Assembly: GCA_965228475.1 (NCBI GenBank)
Contig: OZ245817.1
Span: 3,040,001 to 3,104,000 of the forward strand
DNA length: 64,000 bases
Source of the DNA: Myxococcota bacterium
GTDB lineage: Bacteria > Myxococcota_A > UBA9160 > JAFDDA01
Direction of reading: 5' to 3'
A model generated the notes under the pieces. The model saw only the letters and a program-made list of their open reading frames with translations. It was not told the DNA's origin and searched no databases. The translations under genes and the position numbers were made by a program. Position 1 is the stretch's first letter. Every line of letters starts with the position of its first letter. Below are positions 51,889 through 60,872 of this stretch, one piece after another.

Positions 51889-51928
51889 CCGGGGGGTGAT
51901 CGTGGCCGCGGACCATCGAAGTGGAGCG

Positions 51929-52405
51929 GTGGCGACACCGGACCACGTTGGACCCGAACATCAGCCGTCGCCCGCCGCGCAGCGGGCCCGGGAGCACTTT
52001 CGCAGCAGCGAGGCCGCCTCCCTGCTCGGACTTTCCCGCCGTCAGCTCCTGTATTGGGCGCAGACGGGTCTCGTCCGCCCCTCGCACACGACGCCGGGCG
52101 GGCACCTGCGATACGGCTTCCGGGACCTCGTCGCCCTGAAGGCGGCCAAACGGCTGATCGACGCCGGCATCTCCGTGCAGCGGATCCGTTCGAGCCTGCG
52201 CGCGCTCGAGCTCGCGCTTCCGCACGTCCGATCGCCCCTCGCCGAGCTCGTCCTGGTCGCCACGGGCGACGTCGTGCTCGCCATCCATCGCGGCGAGGCC
52301 TTCGAGGCGCTCTCGGGCCAGGAATGGGTCCTCGACGTCGCAGAGTTCCAGCGCGAATTCGACCACTGGCGGGCGAGCCACGCGGCCGAGCGCTCGTGCA
52401 ACTGA
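51929..52405 (+). CDS. MerR-family transcriptional regulator
   Basis: FRSSEAASLLGLSRRQLLYWAQTGLVRPS...RYGFRDLVALK..KRLIDAGISVQRIR. Start uncertain. Confidence 0.85.
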   Translation: MATPDHVGPEHQPSPAAQRAREHFRSSEAASLLGLSRRQLLYWAQTGLVRPSHTTPGGHLRYGFRDLVALKAAKRLIDAGISVQRIRSSLRALELALPHVRSPLAELVLVATGDVVLAIHRGEAFEALSGQEWVLDVAEFQREFDHWRASHAAERSCN

Positions 52406-52440
52406 CTTCGGCACCAGAAGCGGGACCGGAGGAGACGGCC

Positions 52441-53529
52441 ATGCGAACCATCGCGATCATGAACCAGAAAGGCGGCTGCGGGAAGACGACCACCACCGTG
52501 AACCTGGCGGGCTGCCTCGCCGCGGACGGCGAACGCGTGCTCGTGATCGACATGGACCCGCAGGCCCACGCCACCCTGGCCCTCGGCGTGGACCCGGATG
52601 CCGTCGACGAGAACCTCTTCGACGTGCTGGTGGACGCCGAGGGCGGCGAGCCGCTCGAGCGCGTGCTGCTCGAGGTCGCGCCCCGGATCGACCTCGCCCC
52701 TTCCGGGATCGTGCTCTCGGCCCTCGAGCAGAAGCTCGTCGCCGACAACGCCGAATCGCGGACGGAGCGCCTCGCGAACGCGCTGTTCGGCCTCGAGGAT
52801 CGCTACGACTACGTCCTCGTCGACTGCCCGCCGAACGTCGGGCTGCTGACGTTCAACGCCCTGCGCGCCGCCGGCGAAGTGATCATCCCGCTCGAGACGA
52901 GCTTCTTCGCCATCCAGGGCGTGCAGAAGCTCCTCGAGACGATCGGCCTGCTCTCGGACCGGATCGCCCACGACCTCTCGGTGCGGATCCTCCCGACCCT
53001 CTTCGACGGCCGGACGCGCTACGCGCGCGAGACGCTCGCCGAGATCCGGGAGCTCTTCAAGGAGCTGTGCTTCGACACCGTGATCCGCCAGAACGTGAAG
53101 CTGCGCGAGGCGGCTCGGCGCGGCACGCCGATCATCCAGTTCGCGCGCACCGCCAACGGCGCGCTCGACTACGCCTCCCTCGCCATGGAGCTCGCGGCCG
53201 AGGCGCCGGCCCTCGACGCTCCGGCGGATGCCCAGAACGCCGCCGCCGAGGCCGGAGAGCCCCGCGAGGTCGTGATCCAGTTCCGCGACGACGCGGCCAG
53301 CGACGTCCGCATCGCCGGCGACTTCAACGGCTGGGTCCCCGACAAGGGCGTCGTCTCCCGCACCGAGGAGCAGGGCCGGCAGCGCGTCTGGACGAAGACG
53401 CTGGCCCTGCCGCCGGGCACCTACCAGTACCGCTACGTGGTCGACGGCGACTGGTGCGAGGACCCCGAGAACCCGGAGAAGTCCCCGGGCCGGGTCGGTG
53501 AGCGCAACTCCGTGCTCGTGGTCCGCTGA
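52441..53529 (+). CDS. ParA/Soj-family ATPase fused to a C-terminal glycogen-binding (CBM48/AMPK-beta-like) domain
   Basis: KGGCGKTT, IDMDPQ, VDCPP. C-terminal V.IAGDFNGW...W...LALPPGTYQYRYVVDGDW..DPENP. Confidence 0.9.
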   Translation: MRTIAIMNQKGGCGKTTTTVNLAGCLAADGERVLVIDMDPQAHATLALGVDPDAVDENLFDVLVDAEGGEPLERVLLEVAPRIDLAPSGIVLSALEQKLVADNAESRTERLANALFGLEDRYDYVLVDCPPNVGLLTFNALRAAGEVIIPLETSFFAIQGVQKLLETIGLLSDRIAHDLSVRILPTLFDGRTRYARETLAEIRELFKELCFDTVIRQNVKLREAARRGTPIIQFARTANGALDYASLAMELAAEAPALDAPADAQNAAAEAGEPREVVIQFRDDAASDVRIAGDFNGWVPDKGVVSRTEEQGRQRVWTKTLALPPGTYQYRYVVDGDWCEDPENPEKSPGRVGERNSVLVVR

Positions 53530-53537
53530 AGAGAACC

Positions 53538-54356
53538 GTGCCCCGCGACCTCGGCGACGTCCTCCACTACTTCATGCCGGAGATCGAATCGGCGGACGAG
53601 CCGGCGGCCGCGCCGGCGCGGCGCGCGCCGGGCGCCGGGCGTGGCGCGGGAACGGACCCGGCCGGCGCGCTCGGGCTCGTCGGCGTCCCGCTCGGGCATC
53701 GGGACGTGCTGCGCGCCACCTTCGTCTGGAACCTCGCGGTCGAAACCACCGCCCAGGGTGCCCCGACCACCGTCGTGGTTCCGGCGCGCATGTCGCCGCC
53801 GGTCTGGCCGGAGCCCGGGCGAACGCCCATGGGCGCGGAGATCCTGCCGGTCTTCGCCGAGGGGCTCGCGGAGTTGACCCAGGCCGCCCTCGACGTGGCC
53901 GCCACGCGCGCCGCCGAGGTCGCGCCGGAAGCCCTCGTGCTCGTGTGCATCCCGCCCTCCTGGCTCGCCAAGGCAGCCGACGGTGCGGCGCTGCTCCGCC
54001 AGGTCCTGCTCTTCTCCTCGCCCGAATCCGCGGACATCATCGAGACCTACGCCCTGGCCAAGCACCTGCTCACGGCGGCGCCCGAGGCGCGGGTCGGGGT
54101 CACGGTCTTCGGCGTGCAATCCGTCGCCGCCGCGGCGCGGACCTTCGACCAGCTCACCCAGACCGCCCAGCGCCACCTCGGCTGCGACCTCACGAGCTAC
54201 GGCCTCCTGATCGACGAACTCCAGATCTACCGGGCGATCGTCGATCGGCGGCCGATCGGGATCTCCCAGCCCCAGTCCCGCGCGGCCCGAAGCTTGCGGG
54301 ACGTGGCACGCCTTCTCCTCGACGACGTCACCGCCCTGGTCGATGACGCCCCCTGA
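53538..54356 (+). CDS. Degenerate MinD/FlhG-like protein lacking Walker A
   Basis: C-terminal half IIETYALAKHL...AQRHLG...RAIVDRRP...P.SRAARSL resembles FlhG/FleN. The P-loop position reads GHRDVLRAT. Confidence 0.6.
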   Translation: MPRDLGDVLHYFMPEIESADEPAAAPARRAPGAGRGAGTDPAGALGLVGVPLGHRDVLRATFVWNLAVETTAQGAPTTVVVPARMSPPVWPEPGRTPMGAEILPVFAEGLAELTQAALDVAATRAAEVAPEALVLVCIPPSWLAKAADGAALLRQVLLFSSPESADIIETYALAKHLLTAAPEARVGVTVFGVQSVAAAARTFDQLTQTAQRHLGCDLTSYGLLIDELQIYRAIVDRRPIGISQPQSRAARSLRDVARLLLDDVTALVDDAP

Positions 54357-54398
54357 ATGCTCGACGGCGCCGATGCAATGCTCGATGATCCACGGTGA

Positions 54399-55040
54399 AT
54401 GAGCGACTTCACCTGGACCGAGCCGCCGCCCCGCAAGGAGCTCCTGGCCGGCCTGCGGGCCGAGATCAGCCGGCTGCCGGGCTCCCTGCGCGTGGTCGCC
54501 GAGAACCTGCTCGGCGCCGACGCCCGGATCGACTGGCTCGCGGCGGACGCCGACGGCCGCGTCCACGTCGTCCTCGTCTCGACCGACGCCGATGACCTCG
54601 CCCTCGTCACACTCGGTCTCGCCCAGCGCGCCTGGGTCGAGGCGCGGCTGCCGGACTGGGCCCAGCTCGCCCCGCAGCAGGGACTGCGCAGCGAGGATGG
54701 CGTCCGCCTCGTCCTGCTGGCGCCGGACTTCTCGGCGACGGCGGAGGCCGCGGTCCGGGCGGTGGGCGAAGAAGACGTCGACCTCGTGCGCTACCGCTGC
54801 GTGCGATCCGGGCCACCGGGTGGCCCCACGGGGGTCGTGATCGAGCCGAGCGGGCGCCGGGAAGAGCGGGCACGGCCGGGCCCCGTGGCCGCCCCAGCCG
54901 CCGATTCCCGTTTCCGGACGGGCCTCTCCGATGCAGACCTGCTCGTGTCGACCGCTGAGCGCCGGGCCCTCGAAATCGAGGCCGAAGTCCCCGAGGGGAC
55001 CGAGCGGACGAAAAAAGTCACCGCCGGTGACAAACTTTGA
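54399..55040 (+). CDS. Hypothetical protein, NucS/PD-(D/E)XK-like fold with degenerate active site
   Basis: VVAENL...RIDWLAADADGRVHVVLV...VRLVLLAPDF; the E-x-K residues are absent. Confidence 0.55.
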   Translation: MSDFTWTEPPPRKELLAGLRAEISRLPGSLRVVAENLLGADARIDWLAADADGRVHVVLVSTDADDLALVTLGLAQRAWVEARLPDWAQLAPQQGLRSEDGVRLVLLAPDFSATAEAAVRAVGEEDVDLVRYRCVRSGPPGGPTGVVIEPSGRREERARPGPVAAPAADSRFRTGLSDADLLVSTAERRALEIEAEVPEGTERTKKVTAGDKL

Positions 55041-55154
55041 CACCACCCGCCCCCTGCCAGCCACTTCAAGGTCGAGGGGGTGAGGGTCCGGTCCGGGAAG
55101 GGCCGGAGCCGGCTCGGGAGGCTTCGCCGAACGAGCTTATCTGGGAAGGTGCCG

Positions 55155-55751
55155 ATGGCTGCTCCGCAACCTGTTGTCTCTGTTTCTCCGCAACCGACCG
55201 TCCTGCAGGAAGACCCGGACCGCGAACTCGTCCGCCGCGTGATCGCTGGCGACGAGGCGGCGTTCCAGATCTTGTACGACCGCTATTTCCCGCGCGTCTA
55301 CGACTTCGTCCAGCGCCGCTTACGCAACCGCGCGGACGCCGAAGAGACGGTCCAGGAGGTCTTCATCAACCTGCTGGGCTCGATCGAATCGTTCCGCGGC
55401 GAAGCGCCCTTCGGCGCCTGGGTGTTCGGCGTGACCCGCCGCACCGTGGCGAGCCGCTTCAAGCGCAAGCAGCACACGATGGTGCCGCTCGCGGACGACG
55501 ACACGTCCGAGCCGGTCCACCACGGCGCACCCCAGGCCGTGGGCCCGCACGAGGCGTACGAATGCCAGGAACGCCTGGACCGCCTCGCCGAGACCGCCAT
55601 GAACGATCTCACCGCCGACCAGCGCGAGCTGTTCCGGCTCCATCACCTGCAGCACCACTCGATCCAGAACATCGCGCGGTTGCTGAACAAGAGTGAGGAT
55701 GCGGTGAAGTCGAATCTCTACCGGGCGCGCAAGGTTCTACTCGCTCGCTAG
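55155..55751 (+). CDS. ECF-type RNA polymerase sigma factor
   Basis: GDEAAFQILYDRY, DAEETVQEVF, FRGEAPFGAWV, IARLLNKSEDAVKSNLYRAR. Confidence 0.93.
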   Translation: MAAPQPVVSVSPQPTVLQEDPDRELVRRVIAGDEAAFQILYDRYFPRVYDFVQRRLRNRADAEETVQEVFINLLGSIESFRGEAPFGAWVFGVTRRTVASRFKRKQHTMVPLADDDTSEPVHHGAPQAVGPHEAYECQERLDRLAETAMNDLTADQRELFRLHHLQHHSIQNIARLLNKSEDAVKSNLYRARKVLLAR

Positions 55752-55933
55752 CCCGCTCTTGCGGGGGGCCGCGCGGGAGGCCGAGGTTGCCTCCGGCTCA
55801 TGGCTCGCCCTGGCGGGCTGCCGGGATGTCTGGACATCCGAGTGCGGGCTGCGCTTTTACTTCGCCGGAGGCAACCTCGGCCTCCCGCGCTCCTCGGCGG
55901 CTCGCGGGCCAGTGGGCTCGCTATTGTGGTTGG

Positions 55934-56671
55934 ATGGGCACCGAGTACGACTGTTCCGCGTCCTTTAGGCGATGGGCTCGCGACGAGGGCGAGCCGCTCG
56001 CGCTGCGGCGTCGGGAAGCGGGCGACGCGGCAGGGGCCTTCCACTACGAGTTCACTTCGCGGGGCGACCGTGTGGCCGCTCGGCTCGAGGGGGCGGCGGC
56101 GGGACGGCCGCTCGCGGTGGTGCTGACGGCGGACGCGGAAGGCGTTCCGGCCCTCGGAGGCGTCGCGGTCGCGACGCTCGCCCTCCCCCTCCACGGGAAC
56201 CGGCACCATCCGAAGTGGAGCGCGCGCCTCGCCGGGCTGCTGCGGGACGGCGCGGAAGGCGCCCTCGACCGCGGCCTCGTCGAGGAGTTCCTGCGCCAGG
56301 CGGTCTGCGACGTCCAGACGCTGCTGCACGTCTGCGGCCAGGAGGCGGACGTCGACCTCTCGAAGACCCTTCTGCTCGGCCACGGTCCCGGAGCCTTGGC
56401 GGCCGCCGCCGTGCGCGCGGCGACGCCGGGCGTGCTCGCCACGGCACTCGCGCCGGGGGAGCTCGCGTCCGACCTCGACCCGGCCGCCGCGCTGGAAGCG
56501 CCCGGGAGCCCGTGCACGGTCCTCGGCGAGGGGCGCGGCCCGGCCTGGGCCGGCCGGCTCGACCAGGCAGTGCTCCCGCTGGCGCCCGATGGGCCGCTCG
56601 CCGGCCTGCTTCAGGCCGCGCTGTCTGAGGCGGCGGTACCGGCCGGCGACTCCGGTGGGAGCTGCGGGTAG
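55934..56671 (+). CDS. Hypothetical protein, possible degenerate alpha/beta-hydrolase
   Basis: EFTSRGDRV, LPLHG.R, and LLGHGPGA at the nucleophile-elbow position. 3' end overlaps the convergent EI24 gene by 61 nt. Confidence 0.5.
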   Translation: MGTEYDCSASFRRWARDEGEPLALRRREAGDAAGAFHYEFTSRGDRVAARLEGAAAGRPLAVVLTADAEGVPALGGVAVATLALPLHGNRHHPKWSARLAGLLRDGAEGALDRGLVEEFLRQAVCDVQTLLHVCGQEADVDLSKTLLLGHGPGALAAAAVRAATPGVLATALAPGELASDLDPAAALEAPGSPCTVLGEGRGPAWAGRLDQAVLPLAPDGPLAGLLQAALSEAAVPAGDSGGSCG

Positions 56672-57489
56672 CGCAGCGCGAGCAGCGTGCCCGAAACGAC
56701 GAGCGCGGGCATCGCCAGGAAGTTGAGCCCCGGAACGAGCAGCGTCGCGAAGGCGCCGACCCCGAAGCCGAGCATGGCAAGCCGGTGCCCGAGGATCCAA
56801 CGACGCTTCTCCCGGAAACGCACGCGGCGCCGGTCGAGGGTGTAGCTCGCGTAGTCGAGGGGCAGGAAGAGCACCGTGAGCGCCACCATCACGAAGGGCG
56901 CCACGAGCTGGCCGCCCGGAATGAGGAAGCCGAGCGTCGCGACGATGGCCTGGAGCAGCAGGAAGAAGAACAGGCGGCGAAGCTCCTCGCTCATGGCGCG
57001 GCCGCCTTCCCGCAGCAGGGCGCCGAAGCCCGACTCCTGGATCTCCTCCACGCGGCCGGCGATCAGGGCTTCGACCCGTTTGGAGAGCGCGTCGAGGAAC
57101 GGCGAGGAGACGACGTTCGCGACGAGGAACGCGGCCACCAGGGCCAGACCCGAGAGCGCGGCCGTCAGCACGATGCCGAGCACGAAGAAGAGGGCACGCC
57201 CGGGGCCGACCCAGAGCCACTGGTACCAGGCGTTCGCCTCGAGGGCGGGCAGACCCGAGAGCACCCAGCCGTGGATCTCGCCGAGGTAGGCGACGAGGAA
57301 GACGCCCGTCGTCCCGCACAGGAAGAGCGCGATCAGGAACGGGATCAGGGCGAGCTTCCAGAGCGAGGTCTCGCGCCGCAGCAAGCGCAGGCCCTCGACG
57401 TGCACGGACAGGCCGTCGACGGCGTGGGCCAGGTTCCGGCCCGGCGGCGGCGCCTGGGGGCGCGACGGCGGGGAGCCGGGCGAACTCAC
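56611..57489 (-). CDS. EI24/CysZ-family membrane protein
   Basis: Several TMs, ANVVSSPFLDALSKRVE, LDY, LVPGLNFLAMP..V.SGT. GTGA overlap with manB. Confidence 0.82.
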   Translation of the reverse strand: MSSPGSPPSRPQAPPPGRNLAHAVDGLSVHVEGLRLLRRETSLWKLALIPFLIALFLCGTTGVFLVAYLGEIHGWVLSGLPALEANAWYQWLWVGPGRALFFVLGIVLTAALSGLALVAAFLVANVVSSPFLDALSKRVEALIAGRVEEIQESGFGALLREGGRAMSEELRRLFFFLLLQAIVATLGFLIPGGQLVAPFVMVALTVLFLPLDYASYTLDRRRVRFREKRRWILGHRLAMLGFGVGAFATLLVPGLNFLAMPALVVSGTLLALRYPQLPPESPAGTAASDSAA

Positions 57490-58826
57490 GCCGCGGCCTC
57501 GATGCGGGCGAGCAGCGCGTCGCGGTGCCGGACCATCGAGGCCTCGTCTTCGGCCTCGAGGTTCAGGCGGACCACCGGCTCGGTGTTCGAGCAGCGGAGG
57601 TTGAACCACCAGTCCGGGTAGCGGACGAGCAATCCGTCGAGGTGCGAGATCTCGCTCGCGCCGGCGTGCTCGGCGGCCAGGGCTTCGAGCAGCGCGGCCG
57701 GGTCCCCGACGCGCCGGTTGATCTCGCCCGAGGCGGAGTAGCGCAGCAGCGGCGCGACGAGCTCGGAGAGCGGCTTGCCGCTCTCGGCGAGGACGTCGAG
57801 CAGCGCCACGAAGGCGGCGATGCCGTCGTCGGCCACGAGCGTCGGCGAGAAGCGGAAGTAGAAGTGGCCCGAGAGCTCGCCGGCGAAGATGGCGTTCTGC
57901 TCGCGCATGTCGGCCTTGATGAAGGAGTGGCCGACGCGGCACATGCCGGGGCGGCCGCCCGCCTCGGCGATCGCCTCGGCCGTGGCCCGGCTCGAGCGCA
58001 GGTCGTAGAGCACCGCCGCACCGGGATTCTCGCGCAGCCGCACTTCGGCGAGCAGCGCCGTCACGAGATCGGCGCGCACGATGGCCCCGTTCTCGTCGAC
58101 GAACATCGCGCGGTCCGCGTCGCCGTCGAAGGCCACACCGAGGGGGTGACCTCCCCTCCGGACGGCGGCGACGAGATCCGTGAGCGTGCTCTCGTCGAGC
58201 GGGTTCGCCTCGTGGTTCGGGAAGGTCCCGTCCGGCTCGAAGTAGAGGCGCTCGACGCGCAGGGGCAGCCGTTCGAGAAGCGGCTCGAGACCGGCGGCGG
58301 CCATGCCGTTGCCGCAGTCGATGGCGACGGAGATCTCGGGGCAGGCGCCGCCCACCGAGAGCGCTTGCTCGACGTAGCTCTCGCGGACGTCGGCCCGCTC
58401 GAGCGCGCCGCGCGGCTCGATGACGGCCGCCGATTCCCGTTCGGCGGCCAGGCGCTCGATGTCCTTCAGGCCGGAGTCGCCGCCAATCGGCACGGCGTGG
58501 GCCCGGCACACCTTGAACCCGTTGTACTGCCCCGGGTTGTGGGAGGCCGTCACCATCACGCCGCCCCCGAGCCCCAGGTGGTCGACCGCGTGGTAGAGCA
58601 TGGGCGTGGCGGCGAGCCCGAGGTCGACGACGTCGGTGCCCTCGTCGCGGATTCCGCGGCACAGCGCCTCGGTGAGCTCGGGCGAATGGGTCCGGGCATC
58701 GCGGCCGACGGCCAAGCGCGCGGCCCCGATGAAGTGGGCGACGCCCCGGCCCACGCGGTAGGCCATCGCGGCATCGAGCTGATCCGGGACGGTTCCCCGG
58801 ATGTCGTAGGCCTTGAAGATCGACAC
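57486..58826 (-). CDS. manB: Phosphomannomutase/phosphoglucomutase
   Basis: IFKAYDIRG, VTASHNP, FDGDADR, GELSGHFY, SNTEP. Confidence 0.93.
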   Translation of the reverse strand: MSIFKAYDIRGTVPDQLDAAMAYRVGRGVAHFIGAARLAVGRDARTHSPELTEALCRGIRDEGTDVVDLGLAATPMLYHAVDHLGLGGGVMVTASHNPGQYNGFKVCRAHAVPIGGDSGLKDIERLAAERESAAVIEPRGALERADVRESYVEQALSVGGACPEISVAIDCGNGMAAAGLEPLLERLPLRVERLYFEPDGTFPNHEANPLDESTLTDLVAAVRRGGHPLGVAFDGDADRAMFVDENGAIVRADLVTALLAEVRLRENPGAAVLYDLRSSRATAEAIAEAGGRPGMCRVGHSFIKADMREQNAIFAGELSGHFYFRFSPTLVADDGIAAFVALLDVLAESGKPLSELVAPLLRYSASGEINRRVGDPAALLEALAAEHAGASEISHLDGLLVRYPDWWFNLRCSNTEPVVRLNLEAEDEASMVRHRDALLARIEAAA

Positions 58827-58843
58827 GGCCGGGAGCTTAGCGT

Positions 58844-58920
58844 CCGCTCCGGGCGCCGCTTCGGCCGCTCCGGGTGCGGCTTAAACCGCTCCGGGTGCGG
58901 CAGGAGGCGCTCGGGGTGCC
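58844..58920. repeat. Four intergenic direct repeats with 21-bp period (core CCGCTCCGGGTGCGGC)
   Basis: Units start at 58844, 58865, 58886 and 58907, between divergent manB and tatA. Confidence 0.85.
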
Positions 58921-58924
58921 ACGC

Positions 58925-58953
58925 TTGACCGACCTGCCGAGCGGCGTCACCCT
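58925..58953 (+). promoter_or_regulatory. Putative promoter for a leaderless tatA transcript
   Basis: TTGACC-N17-CACCCT, 6 nt before ATG 58960; no SD present. Confidence 0.4.
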
Positions 58954-58959
58954 ATCGCC

Positions 58960-59163
58960 ATGTTCGGTCTGGGCTTCACGGAAATCTTGATCATCGGTCT
59001 GATCATCGCTCTCCTGTTCGGCGCGCGTCGCCTGCCGGAGCTCGGGAGCGGTCTCGGCAAGGCCATCAAGAACTTCAAGGCCGGCGTCTCGGGCAACGAG
59101 ATCGACGTCACGCCCGAAGACAAGGAAGAGAAGGTGGAGGAGAAGTCCTCCGCTTCGTCCTAG
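58960..59163 (+). CDS. tatA: Twin-arginine translocase subunit TatA/E
   Basis: MFGLGFTEILII...LLFGARRLPELGSGLGKAIKNFK. Confidence 0.95.
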   Translation: MFGLGFTEILIIGLIIALLFGARRLPELGSGLGKAIKNFKAGVSGNEIDVTPEDKEEKVEEKSSASS

Positions 59164-59196
59164 CCCTCACCCCGCCAGAGCCGCGGCGTCCGGCCG

Positions 59197-60696
59197 CTAG
59201 GAACCGACGCGCTCGATGCGGAACCGCGCCGGCGCGCCCGTGCCCGGGTTGCGCTCGAGCACCGCATCGAACCCGCGGCGTTCGCCCGGGGGAAGCGGCG
59301 CCGCGGCGGTCTCGGCCGCAGCCTGCTCCTGGCGACGCGTCAGGGCACCCACCGGAAGCTCTCGAAGATCCGCCTCCGAGAGGGAGGGCCCGGCGATGGC
59401 CGGCCGGGAGATCACCTGGCCCGCTTCGTCGAGCAGGACGACCCGCAGCCGGCCCGCTGCAGCGGCGGCCTCGCCTCCCCCTGGAACGAGCTCCCCGGAG
59501 ACCACGAACAGCGTGCCGGAACGAGCGTTGTCGATGAAGCGTCCGCGGACGTTCTCCGCGCGCATGCCCTCCCAGGAGGCGCTTCCGGCGGGCGCCGGCG
59601 GCGCAGCGGGTTCGACCTGGACGCTCCCGTGGAGGACGGCGAGCAATGCCACCGCCGGCGCGATCCAGCCGACGTTCTGCCAGAGCCCGGAGCGGGCCCG
59701 CGGCGAGACCGAGACCGGGGCCTCCGGAGGCGTGGTCCCGACGTCGGGCCAGTCCGGGTCGGGGCGTTCGCCGTCGCCCGCGTCGTCGTCGTCGTCGTCG
59801 TCGTCCAGGTCGAAGCCATCGAAGGTGGCTTCGCCGTAGGCGTCGAGCCCTTCGCCGTCGATGTCGGCGACGGGCGGCTCGCTCGGCGCGGGAGCCTCCT
59901 GCGGTGCGGCGTCGTCCGCGGGCGCGGCGGGCTCGGCCTCGAGGGCGGCGGGCGAGGTCATTCCGGGCGGATGCGCGGCTTCGGGCTCGTCGAGCTCGAG
60001 GGGATCGCCGTCACCCCCGTCGTCGGTCATCTCGAACATCGCCGATTCGGCGCCCGCGACGGGGGCGATCGGACGCAAGGTCGTATCGTCGGGCAGCTCG
60101 CTCTCGTCCGGCGCGGGCATCGCGACGGCCGGAGCCGGCTCTTCGGCGGCGGGCGGCTCCTCCGGTTCGTCGGGCAGCGCGTCGAGGGCCGCCTGGGCGG
60201 ACTCCGGCTCGGCCGGGTCCCCGGGCTCCGGCTCGGAAGCGGACGCCGCACCCTCGGGCGCTTCGGCTTCCGGCGCGGTGGAGCGCGAAGCCTTCGAGCT
60301 CCGCTTCGAGTTCCGGTTGGCCTCGACCGCCGCATCGAGCGCCAGGTTGGAATCCCCGAACTCCCAGGGCCCCTCGGCGATGGCCTCGTCCGGGGGCGGA
60401 AGCTCGGGGTCTTCGTCGTCGGCTTCGGGCTCGGGCGGCGCGGCCTCGGCGGAAGCGTCCTCGGCCGGGGCCTCGTTCACGAAGCGCAGCTCGTCGGCCG
60501 TTCCGGGTTGGGTGAGTCCGCCGAGGGTCTGGCCGTCGGCCGTCTCGTCCCCATCGCTCGGGGCGCCGACGGAGCCGTCGGGATTCACGTGGAAGCGGTG
60601 CTGGCAGCGCTTGCAGCGAACCCGTGCACCGCGCGGCGGGATGCGTGCCGCGTCGACCTGGAAGCGCCGCTCGCAGCCTTCGCACGTGATGACCAT
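59197..60696 (-). CDS. Zinc-ribbon (MJ0042-type) protein with acidic linker, TM and DUF3426-like C-terminus
   Basis: MVITCEGCERRFQVDAARIP..GARVRCKRCQHRF, Asp/Glu/Pro-rich linker, LFVVSGEL...LPPGERRGF. Confidence 0.8.
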   Translation of the reverse strand: MVITCEGCERRFQVDAARIPPRGARVRCKRCQHRFHVNPDGSVGAPSDGDETADGQTLGGLTQPGTADELRFVNEAPAEDASAEAAPPEPEADDEDPELPPPDEAIAEGPWEFGDSNLALDAAVEANRNSKRSSKASRSTAPEAEAPEGAASASEPEPGDPAEPESAQAALDALPDEPEEPPAAEEPAPAVAMPAPDESELPDDTTLRPIAPVAGAESAMFEMTDDGGDGDPLELDEPEAAHPPGMTSPAALEAEPAAPADDAAPQEAPAPSEPPVADIDGEGLDAYGEATFDGFDLDDDDDDDDAGDGERPDPDWPDVGTTPPEAPVSVSPRARSGLWQNVGWIAPAVALLAVLHGSVQVEPAAPPAPAGSASWEGMRAENVRGRFIDNARSGTLFVVSGELVPGGGEAAAAAGRLRVVLLDEAGQVISRPAIAGPSLSEADLRELPVGALTRRQEQAAAETAAAPLPPGERRGFDAVLERNPGTGAPARFRIERVGS

Positions 60697-60872
60697 TGCG
60701 CCCGCCTCCCCTTCCGGCCCGATCCGTGACGGCACCGTGAAAGCGCGGTGCGGCAGCTCGACGCCGCAAGCGTGCGAGATGCGTGTGCTACCTTGCCTCC
60801 GAACGCGGCGCCGGGTTCTCCCCTCTCTTTTCGGAGTGTGCCGGAGACCGCTTGAGCCACCGCCGGAGCCCC

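Noticed and set aside
52441..53529. Chromosome partition locus parAB
   Set aside because: No parB adjacent, no parS palindrome noticed, and the ParA carries an extra CBM domain.
58844..58920. Mini-CRISPR interpretation of the 21-bp repeats
   Set aside because: 16-bp core with 5-nt linkers is far too short, and no cas genes are present.
59781..59805. (GTC)n trinucleotide run
   Set aside because: Encodes poly-Asp in an acidic disordered linker. It is in frame, so not a phase-variation switch.
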